The notes below the pieces were generated by a model. The model searched no databases. It was given only the letters and a program-made list of their open reading frames with translations, and was not told where the DNA came from. Shown here one piece after another: positions 38,482-48,575 of a stretch of DNA of 64,000 nt (positions are counted from its first letter, which is position 1; each line of letters opens with the position of its first letter). This DNA comes from an uncultured bacterium (GTDB taxonomy: Bacteria > Zixibacteria > MSB-5A5 > GN15 > FEB-12): assembly GCA_965372795.1 (NCBI GenBank), contig CBDVDR010000004.1, forward strand, positions 32,001 through 96,000. Direction: 5' to 3'. The position numbers were made by a program, and so were the translations under genes.

Positions 38482-39026
38482 AATAGAATATCCTCAATAT
38501 CAAAATTATCTTCAAGATAATTAATTTCTTCCTCTGAAAGGTAGTTCAAAATCGCTTCATCAGTTTTTGCACTAATATCACCCTCAAACTCATAATAAAA
38601 CTGTTCAATCAGGTCATTTTCATCAGTCAGAAGCTCATTTAATTTTAAAATAGAACTATCAGTCACAGCAAATTGATTGTTTCCTGCAGATTGATTAAAT
38701 TCACCGGTTTTATAGGCTATAAAAGTAACGGAAAAAACCAATATTATTGCTGCTGCCACCGAAAATAATTTATAAATCGGAATTGTCATACCTTTTTTTG
38801 AATTGATCGACTGCTCGATATTCTCAAATATTTCCTCTGTATCTATTGATGGGATGACAAAATCCGAATCATTGCCTAAAAGATTTTTAGAATACTCTAA
38901 TTCTTCATAAAATCCCCGGCAATTTTCACAATTTTTCAAATGATCCAAAATTTCTGAGGGCAGTGCGCCGCTTCCGAAGTTTTCCAACAAAAGCTCTTTA
39001 TTCACATGGCATTTCATGATCGCCAA
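38478..39026 (-). CDS. Anti-sigma factor (HxxxCxxC, TM helix)
   Basis: HLKNCENC; TM helix FSVAAAIILVF. Confidence 0.85.
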   Translation of the reverse strand: MAIMKCHVNKELLLENFGSGALPSEILDHLKNCENCRGFYEELEYSKNLLGNDSDFVIPSIDTEEIFENIEQSINSKKGMTIPIYKLFSVAAAIILVFSVTFIAYKTGEFNQSAGNNQFAVTDSSILKLNELLTDENDLIEQFYYEFEGDISAKTDEAILNYLSEEEINYLEDNFDIEDILL

Positions 39027-39586
39027 CCTTTCTCGAGAGCCTGTTTTCTCAATTTTATCACAGCTTCACGGTAATTAGTTTTTACTGTTCCCAAAGCTTT
39101 ATTTGTATAAGAAGAAATTTCTTCGAATGAAAGTTCTTTATAAAACCGTAATTCAAAAATCAATCTTTGTTGTGGTGGAAGGGTTTGCATAAAATCCAGC
39201 ACCGACTCTTTGAGCTGCTTTTTCTCTAAATCCTTATCTGGTTGGATAGCTGTAATTGAATTATTTAGTATATCAGAAGATTCAAAATCATAATCATTGA
39301 CCATACGGGATAAGGTTTTTATAAAATTCAAACTCTTATTTGAAGCGATACGCATGAGCCAGCTGTTGAAACTGCCCTCTCCTCTAAATCTTTTGATATT
39401 CTCCCAGGCAGAAATAAAAGTTTCCTGAGCTAAATCTTTGGCAGAATCTTTACTGCCGGTCATTTTATATGTCAGGGCGATAATACTATTCATTTTAAGC
39501 CTCACTATCTCAGAAAACGCTTCCCGGCTGCCTTCCTTTGCCCGCAGAGCAAGATTGTCGATGTTAGTTTCGAACATTTTCTCCAT
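39014..39586 (-). CDS. ECF sigma factor
   Basis: DLAQETFISAW, WLMRIASN, LGTVKT. Confidence 0.95.
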   Translation of the reverse strand: MEKMFETNIDNLALRAKEGSREAFSEIVRLKMNSIIALTYKMTGSKDSAKDLAQETFISAWENIKRFRGEGSFNSWLMRIASNKSLNFIKTLSRMVNDYDFESSDILNNSITAIQPDKDLEKKQLKESVLDFMQTLPPQQRLIFELRFYKELSFEEISSYTNKALGTVKTNYREAVIKLRKQALEKGWRS

Positions 39587-39642
39587 TCTGTTTCCACTTA
39601 TATGACAACCAGAAGATAAAATAGATTAATAATTTCAGGAAA

Positions 39643-39669
39643 TAAAAAAAGCCGGAGAATTCCGGCTTT
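39643..39669 (-). terminator. Intrinsic terminator after mreB
   Basis: AAAGCCGGA-ATTC-TCCGGCTTT followed by a U tract. Confidence 0.85.
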
Positions 39670-39692
39670 GTAACTTCTTTTTGAGAATGAAC

Positions 39693-40721
39693 TTAATCTC
39701 GCTTGCTTTTTTCCAATACCTGAACATAATCGTTAAAATTTTCAAGTACTTTGCCGGTTCCACGAGCAACACAAGTCAGCGGGTCTTCAGCGATATTGAC
39801 CGGTAGATTTGTTTCCTGACGTAATCTTTTATCCAAACCGCGAAGCAGTGCTCCACCACCGGTTAAAATAATACCCCGTTCTAAAATATCGGAAGCCAGT
39901 TCCGGCGGAGTTCTTTCAAGTGCCTGGCGAACGGCTTCAATAATAATATCGATTGTCTCTGAGAGTGCCTCACGAACCTGCACTGATGAAAGCTTCAGAT
40001 TTTTTGGTACACCGGCAACAAGATCCCGTCCGCGAATATCCATCGAGATTTCTTTTTCCAATGGAAAAGCTGACCCAATATTTATTTTAATTTCCTCAGC
40101 TGTCAATTCACCGATCAGAAGATTATAATTTTTCTTGAGATACATTATGATTGCGTCACTTAACTCATCACCGGCGACACGAATAGAAGTATCATTTACG
40201 ATTCCATTAAGAGCAATCACAGCAATTTCTGAAGTCCCGCCCCCGATATCAATAATCATTGAACCGGAAGGTTGATCAACTGGAAGTCCAACCCCGATTG
40301 CCGCTGCCATTGGCTCAGGTAACAAATATACTTCACGGGCTCCGGCATTTTCAGCCGAGTCGCGAACAGCGCGTTTTTCTACTTCGGTAATTCCCGATGG
40401 TACCGAGATTACAACTCTTGGTTTCATCAGTAGTTTATTTTTAACTACCCGGCGGATAAAATCTGCAATTAATTTTTCAGCTATATCAAAGTCGGCAATT
40501 ACTCCATCTTTTAGAGGCCGAATAGCTTCAATAGTACCCGGGGTACGGCCAGTCATCTCTTTTGCTGCTGAACCGATAGCGAGTGTTTTACCGGTAGATT
40601 TTTCAATTGCAACTACAGACGGCTCATTTAGAACAATCCCCTGATTCCTTACATAGACCAGAGTATTAGCAGTGCCAAGGTCAATACCAATGTCATTGGA
40701 AAGTAAATTAAAGAATGCCAA
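39693..40721 (-). CDS. mreB: Rod shape-determining protein MreB
   Basis: [28 protein letters not shown]. Confidence 0.97.
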   Translation of the reverse strand: MAFFNLLSNDIGIDLGTANTLVYVRNQGIVLNEPSVVAIEKSTGKTLAIGSAAKEMTGRTPGTIEAIRPLKDGVIADFDIAEKLIADFIRRVVKNKLLMKPRVVISVPSGITEVEKRAVRDSAENAGAREVYLLPEPMAAAIGVGLPVDQPSGSMIIDIGGGTSEIAVIALNGIVNDTSIRVAGDELSDAIIMYLKKNYNLLIGELTAEEIKINIGSAFPLEKEISMDIRGRDLVAGVPKNLKLSSVQVREALSETIDIIIEAVRQALERTPPELASDILERGIILTGGGALLRGLDKRLRQETNLPVNIAEDPLTCVARGTGKVLENFNDYVQVLEKSKRD

Positions 40722-40825
40722 GTTAATTCCTTTTAACGTTTACCATTTATCTTAGAGTGGATCCTATATCTTATATATCGAATCACACTAGTAATAGTTT
40801 ACTTTTTTAGTATAAAAAGGGCAAT

Positions 40826-40853
40826 AAAAAAAGTGGCTAAAGCCACTTTTTTT
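40826..40853. terminator. Bidirectional intrinsic terminator after maeB
   Basis: AAAAAAAGTGGCT-AA-AGCCACTTTTTT. Confidence 0.85.
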
Positions 40854-40881
40854 ACTGAATATTGTATTTCGTCTTGTAATA

Positions 40882-43125
40882 TTAGGATTGTGCGTCAACT
40901 ACGGCGATTGCCGCCATATCAACAATCTCATTCACACCCAAAGTCGCATGTAATACATGAACCGGTTTTGACAGTCCCATCAGAATCGGACCAATAGCTT
41001 CAAGACCACCCATTCGCTGAGCAAGTTTGTAAGCAATATTGCCTGAGTTCAGATCAGGGAAGATAAAGACATTCGGTTCACCGCTTAAATCGGCAAATGG
41101 GTAACGTTTTTTCATATATTCCGGCATTAACGCAGTATCCAATTGCATTTCACCTTCTACTTCAATTTCCGGCTTTTTCTCTTTAATAATGCGAGTTGCC
41201 TCAGCAACTTTATTTGACTCAGGCGACCGAGCCGAACCGAAATTCGAGAAGGATAACATAGCAATCCGAGGTTCAATATGAAATCTCTTGGCTACTTTTG
41301 CCGAGCAAATTGCTATTTCAGCCAGTTCTTCTGCTGTTGGATTAATATTAACCGTCGTATCAGCAAACATGAATACTTTATCTTTCTGAATCATGGCAAA
41401 CATACCGGAAACACGAGACATTCCCTCCGAAAGATCAATTATTTCGAGTGCCGGACGAATTGTGTCAGGGTATGCAGAAGTCACACCGGATAGAACAGCA
41501 TCACAATCACCGCTTTCAAGCATCAAAATGCCAAAATATGTTCTATCTCTAAGAGACCAAATCGCATTTTCAAGTGTCATTCCTCGACGACAGCGTTTTT
41601 TATAATATTTCTTGGCATATTCCTGACGTTTGGGAGAAGTAACCGGATCAACAATCTCAATACCATTCAAATCAATCTCATGCTTGATTGCCACTTCACG
41701 AATATTCTTTTCATTACCAAGTACAACCGGAATAGCAATTTTTTCTTTGAGTACTAATTGGGCGGCTCTTAAAATTCGTGATGAGTTTCCTTCCGGAAAA
41801 ACAACTTTTTTCGGATCACTCTTTGCAATATTAGTAATGACCCGCATAAACGATCTGCCTTCACCAATGCGATTTACTAATTCTTCCCGGTACTCATCCA
41901 TATCTAATTCCCGCTGAGCAACGCCAGTATCCATTGCGGCTTGCGCAACTGCCGAAGCTTCCCAGGTAAGAATTCGTGAATCAAATGGTTTGGGAATAAG
42001 ATATTCCCGTCCAAAACTAAAATGATCTACGCCATACGCACGAGCAACTGCTTCCGGCACTTCTTCTTTGGCAAGATTTGCAAGGGCTTTAACCGCGGCA
42101 TGTTTCATCTCTTCATTGATTGCCGTAGCATGAACATCAAGAGCCCCGCGGAAAATGAACGGAAATCCCAGTACATTATTAACCTGGTTTGGATAATCTG
42201 AACGACCGGTAGCCATAATAACATCTTTGCGAGCATCAACTGCATCTGGATAAGTAATTTCCGGATCCGGATTCGCCATTGCTAAAATAATAGGATCCTT
42301 AGCCATCGACTTCACCATTTTCTTTGACACAAGATCTTTCATAGAAACTCCGACAAAGACATCGGCATCTTTCATCGCATCTTCAAGTGTTTGACAACTC
42401 GTTTTACGAACAAATTCCTGTTTATATTTATTAAAGGTATCTCCGCGCCCTTCATACATGACACCCTTGGAATCTATCATCAGTAAATTCTCATGTTTGA
42501 CCCCAAGACTACAGTAAAGTTTTGCACACGCAATACCGGCAGCACCCGCACCAGAAAAAACAACTCTCAATTTGCTAATATCTTTTTCAACCAGTTCCAG
42601 TGCGTTTAACAAAGCGGCAGCGGAAATAATCGCCGTACCATGTTGATCGTCATGGAAAACCGGAATTTTCATAGTCTTTTTCAATGTCTCTTCAATATAG
42701 AAACATTCCGGTCCCTTGATATCTTCCAGATTAATCCCGCCAAATGTTGGTTCGAGCAACTGGCAGCATTTAATAATTTCGTCCGGGTCTTCGGTGTCTA
42801 ATTCGATATCAAAAACATCAATGTCAGCAAACCTTTTAAATAGAACCCCTTTACCTTCCATCACTGGTTTACCGGCGGCAGCACCAATATTACCCAGTCC
42901 GAGTACGGCTGTTCCATTGGTTACAACTGCTACAAGATTTCCTTTGGCAGTATATTTATAAACATCTGCCGGATTTTTATGAATCTCCATACATGGCACT
43001 GCTACACCCGGAGTATACGCGAGTGATAAATCAAGCTGGGTCTTGCACGGTTTAGTTGGATTAACCTCAACTTTTCCCGGTTTACCTTTGAAATGGTAAT
43101 CAAGAGCCTCTTGTCTGGTAATCAT
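40882..43125 (-). CDS. maeB: NADP-dependent malic enzyme with phosphotransacetylase-like domain
   Basis: [24 protein letters not shown], and a C-terminal PTA domain. Confidence 0.97.
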   Translation of the reverse strand: MITRQEALDYHFKGKPGKVEVNPTKPCKTQLDLSLAYTPGVAVPCMEIHKNPADVYKYTAKGNLVAVVTNGTAVLGLGNIGAAAGKPVMEGKGVLFKRFADIDVFDIELDTEDPDEIIKCCQLLEPTFGGINLEDIKGPECFYIEETLKKTMKIPVFHDDQHGTAIISAAALLNALELVEKDISKLRVVFSGAGAAGIACAKLYCSLGVKHENLLMIDSKGVMYEGRGDTFNKYKQEFVRKTSCQTLEDAMKDADVFVGVSMKDLVSKKMVKSMAKDPIILAMANPDPEITYPDAVDARKDVIMATGRSDYPNQVNNVLGFPFIFRGALDVHATAINEEMKHAAVKALANLAKEEVPEAVARAYGVDHFSFGREYLIPKPFDSRILTWEASAVAQAAMDTGVAQRELDMDEYREELVNRIGEGRSFMRVITNIAKSDPKKVVFPEGNSSRILRAAQLVLKEKIAIPVVLGNEKNIREVAIKHEIDLNGIEIVDPVTSPKRQEYAKKYYKKRCRRGMTLENAIWSLRDRTYFGILMLESGDCDAVLSGVTSAYPDTIRPALEIIDLSEGMSRVSGMFAMIQKDKVFMFADTTVNINPTAEELAEIAICSAKVAKRFHIEPRIAMLSFSNFGSARSPESNKVAEATRIIKEKKPEIEVEGEMQLDTALMPEYMKKRYPFADLSGEPNVFIFPDLNSGNIAYKLAQRMGGLEAIGPILMGLSKPVHVLHATLGVNEIVDMAAIAVVDAQS

Positions 43126-43475
43126 TGAAAAAACTCCCGAAGCTTTTGCTTCTTATTTAATCAAATTTTATTGTCGACCTGAGCTGGAAAATATGTTTAT
43201 CCAGCCTCGCTGGTTATTTTTTTCACAAGCTCCATATATAAATACTTTGTCATAATAGTCAAGTCTATAAAGTAAATATTATGAAAAGTTTTCCTATAAA
43301 ACAACAAAAAGACTCCTAATTGACTTGTGTAATTTAAACGAATCTAATCATAAATATCATGACTCAAATTTTATGGATAATCAATTCAGAATTATATAAT
43401 TATTGATCTTTCATCTTCAAAATGATTTATTAATTCATATTCAATTTGATTCAATTTAAATGAACAGGAATAATC

Positions 43476-43892
43476 ATGGTTATCGAATATACTGATTCAA
43501 CTGAAGAAATCTCAGCCGGCATGTTGAATGGTTTCTTTGTCGGATGGCCTAATCCTCCATCTAATGAAACTTTCTTAAAAATACTCAAAAATAGCAGCCA
43601 TATTGAAATAGCTGTGGATAAAAACACCGGCAATGTTGTTGGATTTATTAATGCAATTTCTGATGGCGTGTTATCAGCATATATTCCATTATTGGAAGTT
43701 TTACCGAAATATCAAAATAACGGAATAGCTACAAAAATTATCGAAAGGTTATTTAATCGGTTAACAGATTTTTATATGATTGATTTAACCTGCGATGTAG
43801 ATATGAATCCATTCTACGAAAAATTTGGACTTAAAAAAATGAATGGGATGTTTATTAGAAACTTCGATTTTCAAAGTGGTAGAAAAGAGTAA
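43476..43892 (+). CDS. GNAT family N-acetyltransferase
   Basis: LEVLPKYQNNGIA motif A; FYEKFG. Confidence 0.92.
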   Translation: MVIEYTDSTEEISAGMLNGFFVGWPNPPSNETFLKILKNSSHIEIAVDKNTGNVVGFINAISDGVLSAYIPLLEVLPKYQNNGIATKIIERLFNRLTDFYMIDLTCDVDMNPFYEKFGLKKMNGMFIRNFDFQSGRKE

Positions 43893-44894
43893 TTATTTAA
43901 AAGTTGTAAAATCCATATCAATAAATTGGACATTATTTTCAATCTTTTCTCTTCGACCGTCCATTAGTCGACGACACCAGTCATTTGGTTCAAGGTCACC
44001 TTCTGAGTATAATATAATATATAATTCTATCTCACGAAGTTTCAAAAAAAGCGGGATATGTTCTAACCAGCTTTTATCTAAAATATTCTCTCTGTTATAT
44101 CCTTCCATAAAATATTTCATATATCTTTTGACAAATTCAATATTGTCGTAACCGATATTTTTGTCTGCAAGGGAATAAAACAACGGGATTGTTATATCAT
44201 AAATAAACCACTCGTAATGGGAGTCGTCAGTATCAAATACAACCATTTCATCTGAATTATTGATAAAGAAATTTCCGTGATGGAGATCACTGTGGATTAG
44301 TCCGTAAGAGTCTTCATTTATCGGAAGGCTGGCAAGCTGTTTTTGAATGTTCTGACACTGTTGCAAAACTTTGACTTGATCTCCCGGCAAATATTCATCA
44401 ACATATTTTGAAATTTCATCCGACCAATGATGTCGTGACCATTCGGCTTTGGTTGGCTTATAGGATTTAGTCGCATTATGCATCCTCCCGGTGACTTCAC
44501 CCCATTTTATTAACAGCTCATCAGTGCAATTTCCCATTGATATATGCTTGCCGTCTATTTTTTCAAAAGCATAGACGAAGAAAGAACTGCCTTCAATCTT
44601 AATTTCTTCTACGAGTTTTTTTTCTGTTGAATAAATAGGAGAAGCAATCGAAACATTGTTTTTGTGAAGATGTTCCACCCAGTCAAGTTCGCCATAAATA
44701 GCTTCGGCACTGCGATGAAGATCATGGGTTATTTTCATAATAAAATTGTCAGATCCATTCTGACAATCGAATACAACACTTTCAAAAGACCCAAGTCGTT
44801 TCAAGGCTGTTTCTTTGACGCCAAAATAAGCTGCGGCTTGTTTTTGAATTATCTGTTCATTGGATTTATAAATTTTAGAGCTGAGTGGGTCCAA
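43893..44894 (-). CDS. APH/homoserine kinase-like phosphotransferase
   Basis: GLIHSDLHHGN and FDTDD motifs. Confidence 0.9.
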   Translation of the reverse strand: MDPLSSKIYKSNEQIIQKQAAAYFGVKETALKRLGSFESVVFDCQNGSDNFIMKITHDLHRSAEAIYGELDWVEHLHKNNVSIASPIYSTEKKLVEEIKIEGSSFFVYAFEKIDGKHISMGNCTDELLIKWGEVTGRMHNATKSYKPTKAEWSRHHWSDEISKYVDEYLPGDQVKVLQQCQNIQKQLASLPINEDSYGLIHSDLHHGNFFINNSDEMVVFDTDDSHYEWFIYDITIPLFYSLADKNIGYDNIEFVKRYMKYFMEGYNRENILDKSWLEHIPLFLKLREIELYIILYSEGDLEPNDWCRRLMDGRREKIENNVQFIDMDFTTFK

Positions 44895-44897
44895 TGC

Positions 44898-45326
44898 TTA
44901 TTTCCTTAGTTGCTTGATACCACAATTATTCCCACATGATTTGATTTCATCTGTTAACGCATCTATTTTAATTACAGCTGTCAATATCATCGCCTTGGGA
45001 CCATACTTTATAGAATCGACTGTACAAAAATCCGTTTTTCCGCCAGCCTCTTTCCCAAGCAAAATAGCAATTCCACTCCGCACCGCAAGAAAACTTTTTA
45101 ACATAAGATACTCGGTAATCTCATCATCTACCTGATTTTCCTGAAGGAAGGTATCGGGCGCCAGACTCAACAGTTCGTCGGCTGTAAATTTTTTTAGCCA
45201 ATCCAGGATCAACCCCTTCTCGCCAACATCCCCGCCACAGGATTTCTTAATCAGCTGATAGTTGATAATCCGATTATCATGATCGAGTTTTATTTTCAAT
45301 AGTTCAGTTATATCGTTACAGGGCAT
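44898..45326 (-). CDS. Cys-rich hypothetical protein, probable remote IscU/SufU-fold homolog
   Basis: PCND..LKIKL..SCGG..LILDW aligns by eye to IscU PACGD..LQIKV..GCGS..LVTEW; C-terminal SCGNNCG. Confidence 0.55.
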   Translation of the reverse strand: MPCNDITELLKIKLDHDNRIINYQLIKKSCGGDVGEKGLILDWLKKFTADELLSLAPDTFLQENQVDDEITEYLMLKSFLAVRSGIAILLGKEAGGKTDFCTVDSIKYGPKAMILTAVIKIDALTDEIKSCGNNCGIKQLRK

Positions 45327-45364
45327 ATAATCCTTTCCTAATAATAATAAACAGGTTACACCTG

Positions 45365-46084
45365 TTAGTGCCAGGTTACTCTGTAAATACGCTGTCCATC
45401 GGTAGCAGTTGGTCCTCTTCCACGAAACTTAATTAAAATTTTCAACAGTCCCCACCCGAAAATAAATCCGCCGACATGTGCCATCCAGGCGACTCCCCCG
45501 CCGGTCGATGAATCGACAAGGGCCATAAAAAATTGGTATATAAACCAGAAACCCAATACTATTTTTGCCGGCAAGGCTATAAATTGAATGAAGAAGAAAA
45601 TTATCAGCACCGTTACTTTTGCTTTGGGATATAATACCATATAGGCACCCATAACCCCTGCTATGGCACCCGATGCGCCTACCAGAGGAATCTGGGTAGA
45701 AGCACCAAACAAACTGTAAACAGCTATCGCAGATAGACCTGAAAGAATATAAAAAAGTAAAAACCTTACTTTACCAAAATAATCTTCAACATTATTTCCA
45801 TAAATCCATAAAAAGAGCATATTACCGATAAGATGCATCCACCCGCCATGCATAAACATCGAAGTAAACATTGTCAAATAAGGAGAAGCAGCCAGTCCCG
45901 GGGTCAATTCAACTGAATTCCATAATTCATAAGGGATAAACCCATATTGATAGGTTATCAGATGGAATCCCTGTTGTCCAAACATAACCGAGATGAGAAA
46001 TACAAGACTGTTAATCACAATCAAGGTAATTGTGAACACCGGTTTGTTAACTGTTGGAACATCATCTCTTATCGGGATGAACAA
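45365..46084 (-). CDS. Rhomboid intramembrane serine protease
   Basis: HLIGNM, GASG, AHVGG. Confidence 0.95.
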   Translation of the reverse strand: MFIPIRDDVPTVNKPVFTITLIVINSLVFLISVMFGQQGFHLITYQYGFIPYELWNSVELTPGLAASPYLTMFTSMFMHGGWMHLIGNMLFLWIYGNNVEDYFGKVRFLLFYILSGLSAIAVYSLFGASTQIPLVGASGAIAGVMGAYMVLYPKAKVTVLIIFFFIQFIALPAKIVLGFWFIYQFFMALVDSSTGGGVAWMAHVGGFIFGWGLLKILIKFRGRGPTATDGQRIYRVTWH

Positions 46085-46096
46085 ATTTGACTCCTG

Positions 46097-48406
46097 TTAT
46101 TTTCTCTTAAAACTTTTCTTTCCTTTTTTAACGGTAAAAGTCATATATTGTTCGCCGATATTTCCAGCTTTATCGGTAATGATAATCCCCAGATGATGTT
46201 TGCCATATGATAATGACTCAAGCAGTTCCACCTTGCATAAATCGCTTTCAGGGTCATATTCAACGATCTGCCATTTACTATCAAGTTTTACTGTTATATC
46301 AAGATCATCGTCGATGCCTGATAACAAATCAACCAACGAAAATATAATCGGGCGGCTCACATTCTGATAGGTTCTACCGCTCAAATAATTAGCTTTCGAA
46401 ATTACCGGGGGATCGTAATCGGTAATGGCTGCAAAATATCCTCCACCGGTTGACTTTGCTGTCAAAACTTGATTATCAAATTCGGTATCAAGCCAAATCC
46501 ATTTATCCTTTTTAATATCCAGCCAGCAAATTCCAGTATATGCGTTCCACTTGCCTGTACCACGAAGTTTACAAACAATTTCAAAATTTTCTTTACAAAT
46601 AAACGCGTCCGGTAAAATTTGAAGAACTTTCGAAGCCATGTATCTGGTAGTATTCCCTGATAGCATTTTTTCTTTTATCTCAATAAATCTTGGTTTGTGA
46701 AAATATTCTTTCCCAAATTTAAGACTGAACATATTATTAATAACTATTTCTTCAACATCATCATAACCAATCGCAAAAATTCGTACTGAATCAATAGCTG
46801 AAATTAGGAATGATGTATCTTTTGAAAGGCTTACCCCTATCTGATCGATCATTTTATATTCAGGTTTAGGCGGAATAAACGCGTAATGAGTTATCATGGT
46901 ATGAAACTGGGGGTATTCCGTACCCAACAGTTTCCCTTGATAGTATAATTCAATTCGGGAGGTACACCCGGTGCGGACTTTCCCTTTAATCTGTACGATT
47001 ATGCCATCATCAACTACCTTATGTTCAAATTTAACATACGGTTTGCCTTTGAGATGAATTCCATTAAAAATATTATCTTTGATTACCCCATTTTTCCCGG
47101 AATAAGCAACCAGCCTGATAACACTTTTATCTATAGCATAGCCTTCAACTTGACAGACAACTCTGCCGGTTTCATCAACAGTTATTACACCTTTGGATAA
47201 TCGACCCCAGACATTGCCCCGGTTTAAAAAAGGAACAATAGAATCGATTGCAAAAGCTTCATAATTTTCTATCGGTGTAAAAAAGAATGAATGATATTTC
47301 AATTCAACTGTAGTGGTCGAATCCAGAGTATAAATATACTCCTGTGGTCCCCAGAGAAAATCAAATTCCAACGATGAACTATTGTTGGAAGCATCAGTAG
47401 CTTTAATTTTCACCCTGTGTTTGCCTAAGGACAATAGATTATTTCCAATGATCCCTTTAAAACCATTGACCCCATTACTGCCTTTATAAAAATTTCCTTT
47501 TTTTAAGTATAAAGCTCGAACATGATCCTCTTTTTCCACAGCTTGTTTGTACTCATAAACCGATTCCACTGATCTCGTATTTTTAAAATCAAGGGAATCA
47601 AATTTGACTTCATAATAAAGTTCATCATCAACATAAACTTGAAATTTATAAACGGTTTGTTTCATTCCATCCGGGCGCATCATATCAAAACAGTCAGTCA
47701 TTAACCCGAAAGGTCTGTTAAAATACAATAAAGTATCAATAATATATCGCTTGCTTTGGGATGATTTGGAAACATCAAAGATAATTTCTCTTTCACCGTT
47801 ATCGAACAGTGAATAATCATCGGTCTGTTTGAAGAAAATTCTTTCAAAAATTGGAGGAGTATTATCTTTTACTTTAAAACCATGTGTTAGCGGATTGAGG
47901 GGGACATTTTCCGGACTTCGTTTTTCAAAATGTAAATGAGGAGCACCTATGCCGGTTGAACCTGAATATGCAATTATTTCGCCCCGATTAAAACGGATCG
48001 AATCTTTTGGCAGATATACATCCTGATAATATCGTTTATCCGCAATTTGAGCATCAGTAACAAATGAGGCTATTTTATCATGAAATTTTGATAAATGATA
48101 AAAAACATAGATAAAGCCATCATCTCCCATAAGATATAAAGCTTTGCCAGAACCATAATAAGACATTTTAACCCGATATAGATACCCATTAACCGGCGCA
48201 TGAACCCCAACCCCGATTTTACCCCCGGTTCTTAAATCAACTCCGGTATGAAAGTGTCCTTGACGAAACTCTCCAAAACCATCAGAAAAATCAATATTTG
48301 TATTAACCGGCCATTTTTGACTTTCTGCAGCAACAAGTGTAACTCCAACTGCAATACTAATTAAGCAAAATAATGCACATCTAATAAATCGAATCATATA
48401 AAACAC
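46097..48406 (-). CDS. M23 family metallopeptidase, large exported protein
   Basis: HTGVD and HLH motifs; signal peptide. Confidence 0.9.
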   Translation of the reverse strand: MFYMIRFIRCALFCLISIAVGVTLVAAESQKWPVNTNIDFSDGFGEFRQGHFHTGVDLRTGGKIGVGVHAPVNGYLYRVKMSYYGSGKALYLMGDDGFIYVFYHLSKFHDKIASFVTDAQIADKRYYQDVYLPKDSIRFNRGEIIAYSGSTGIGAPHLHFEKRSPENVPLNPLTHGFKVKDNTPPIFERIFFKQTDDYSLFDNGEREIIFDVSKSSQSKRYIIDTLLYFNRPFGLMTDCFDMMRPDGMKQTVYKFQVYVDDELYYEVKFDSLDFKNTRSVESVYEYKQAVEKEDHVRALYLKKGNFYKGSNGVNGFKGIIGNNLLSLGKHRVKIKATDASNNSSSLEFDFLWGPQEYIYTLDSTTTVELKYHSFFFTPIENYEAFAIDSIVPFLNRGNVWGRLSKGVITVDETGRVVCQVEGYAIDKSVIRLVAYSGKNGVIKDNIFNGIHLKGKPYVKFEHKVVDDGIIVQIKGKVRTGCTSRIELYYQGKLLGTEYPQFHTMITHYAFIPPKPEYKMIDQIGVSLSKDTSFLISAIDSVRIFAIGYDDVEEIVINNMFSLKFGKEYFHKPRFIEIKEKMLSGNTTRYMASKVLQILPDAFICKENFEIVCKLRGTGKWNAYTGICWLDIKKDKWIWLDTEFDNQVLTAKSTGGGYFAAITDYDPPVISKANYLSGRTYQNVSRPIIFSLVDLLSGIDDDLDITVKLDSKWQIVEYDPESDLCKVELLESLSYGKHHLGIIITDKAGNIGEQYMTFTVKKGKKSFKRK

Positions 48407-48575
48407 CTTATTTATAAGCTTTAACGAACTAATTAATTTTTCGACTCAAAAACAATAATATGTGTATAATTTTTGCTTATACATATTGCAATATCGGGTA
48501 TTTGGATTATATTCCAAAGCTATATTAGTTTTTAATAAGATTATTTAATTATTAGTAATAAAAGGAGTTATGTAA

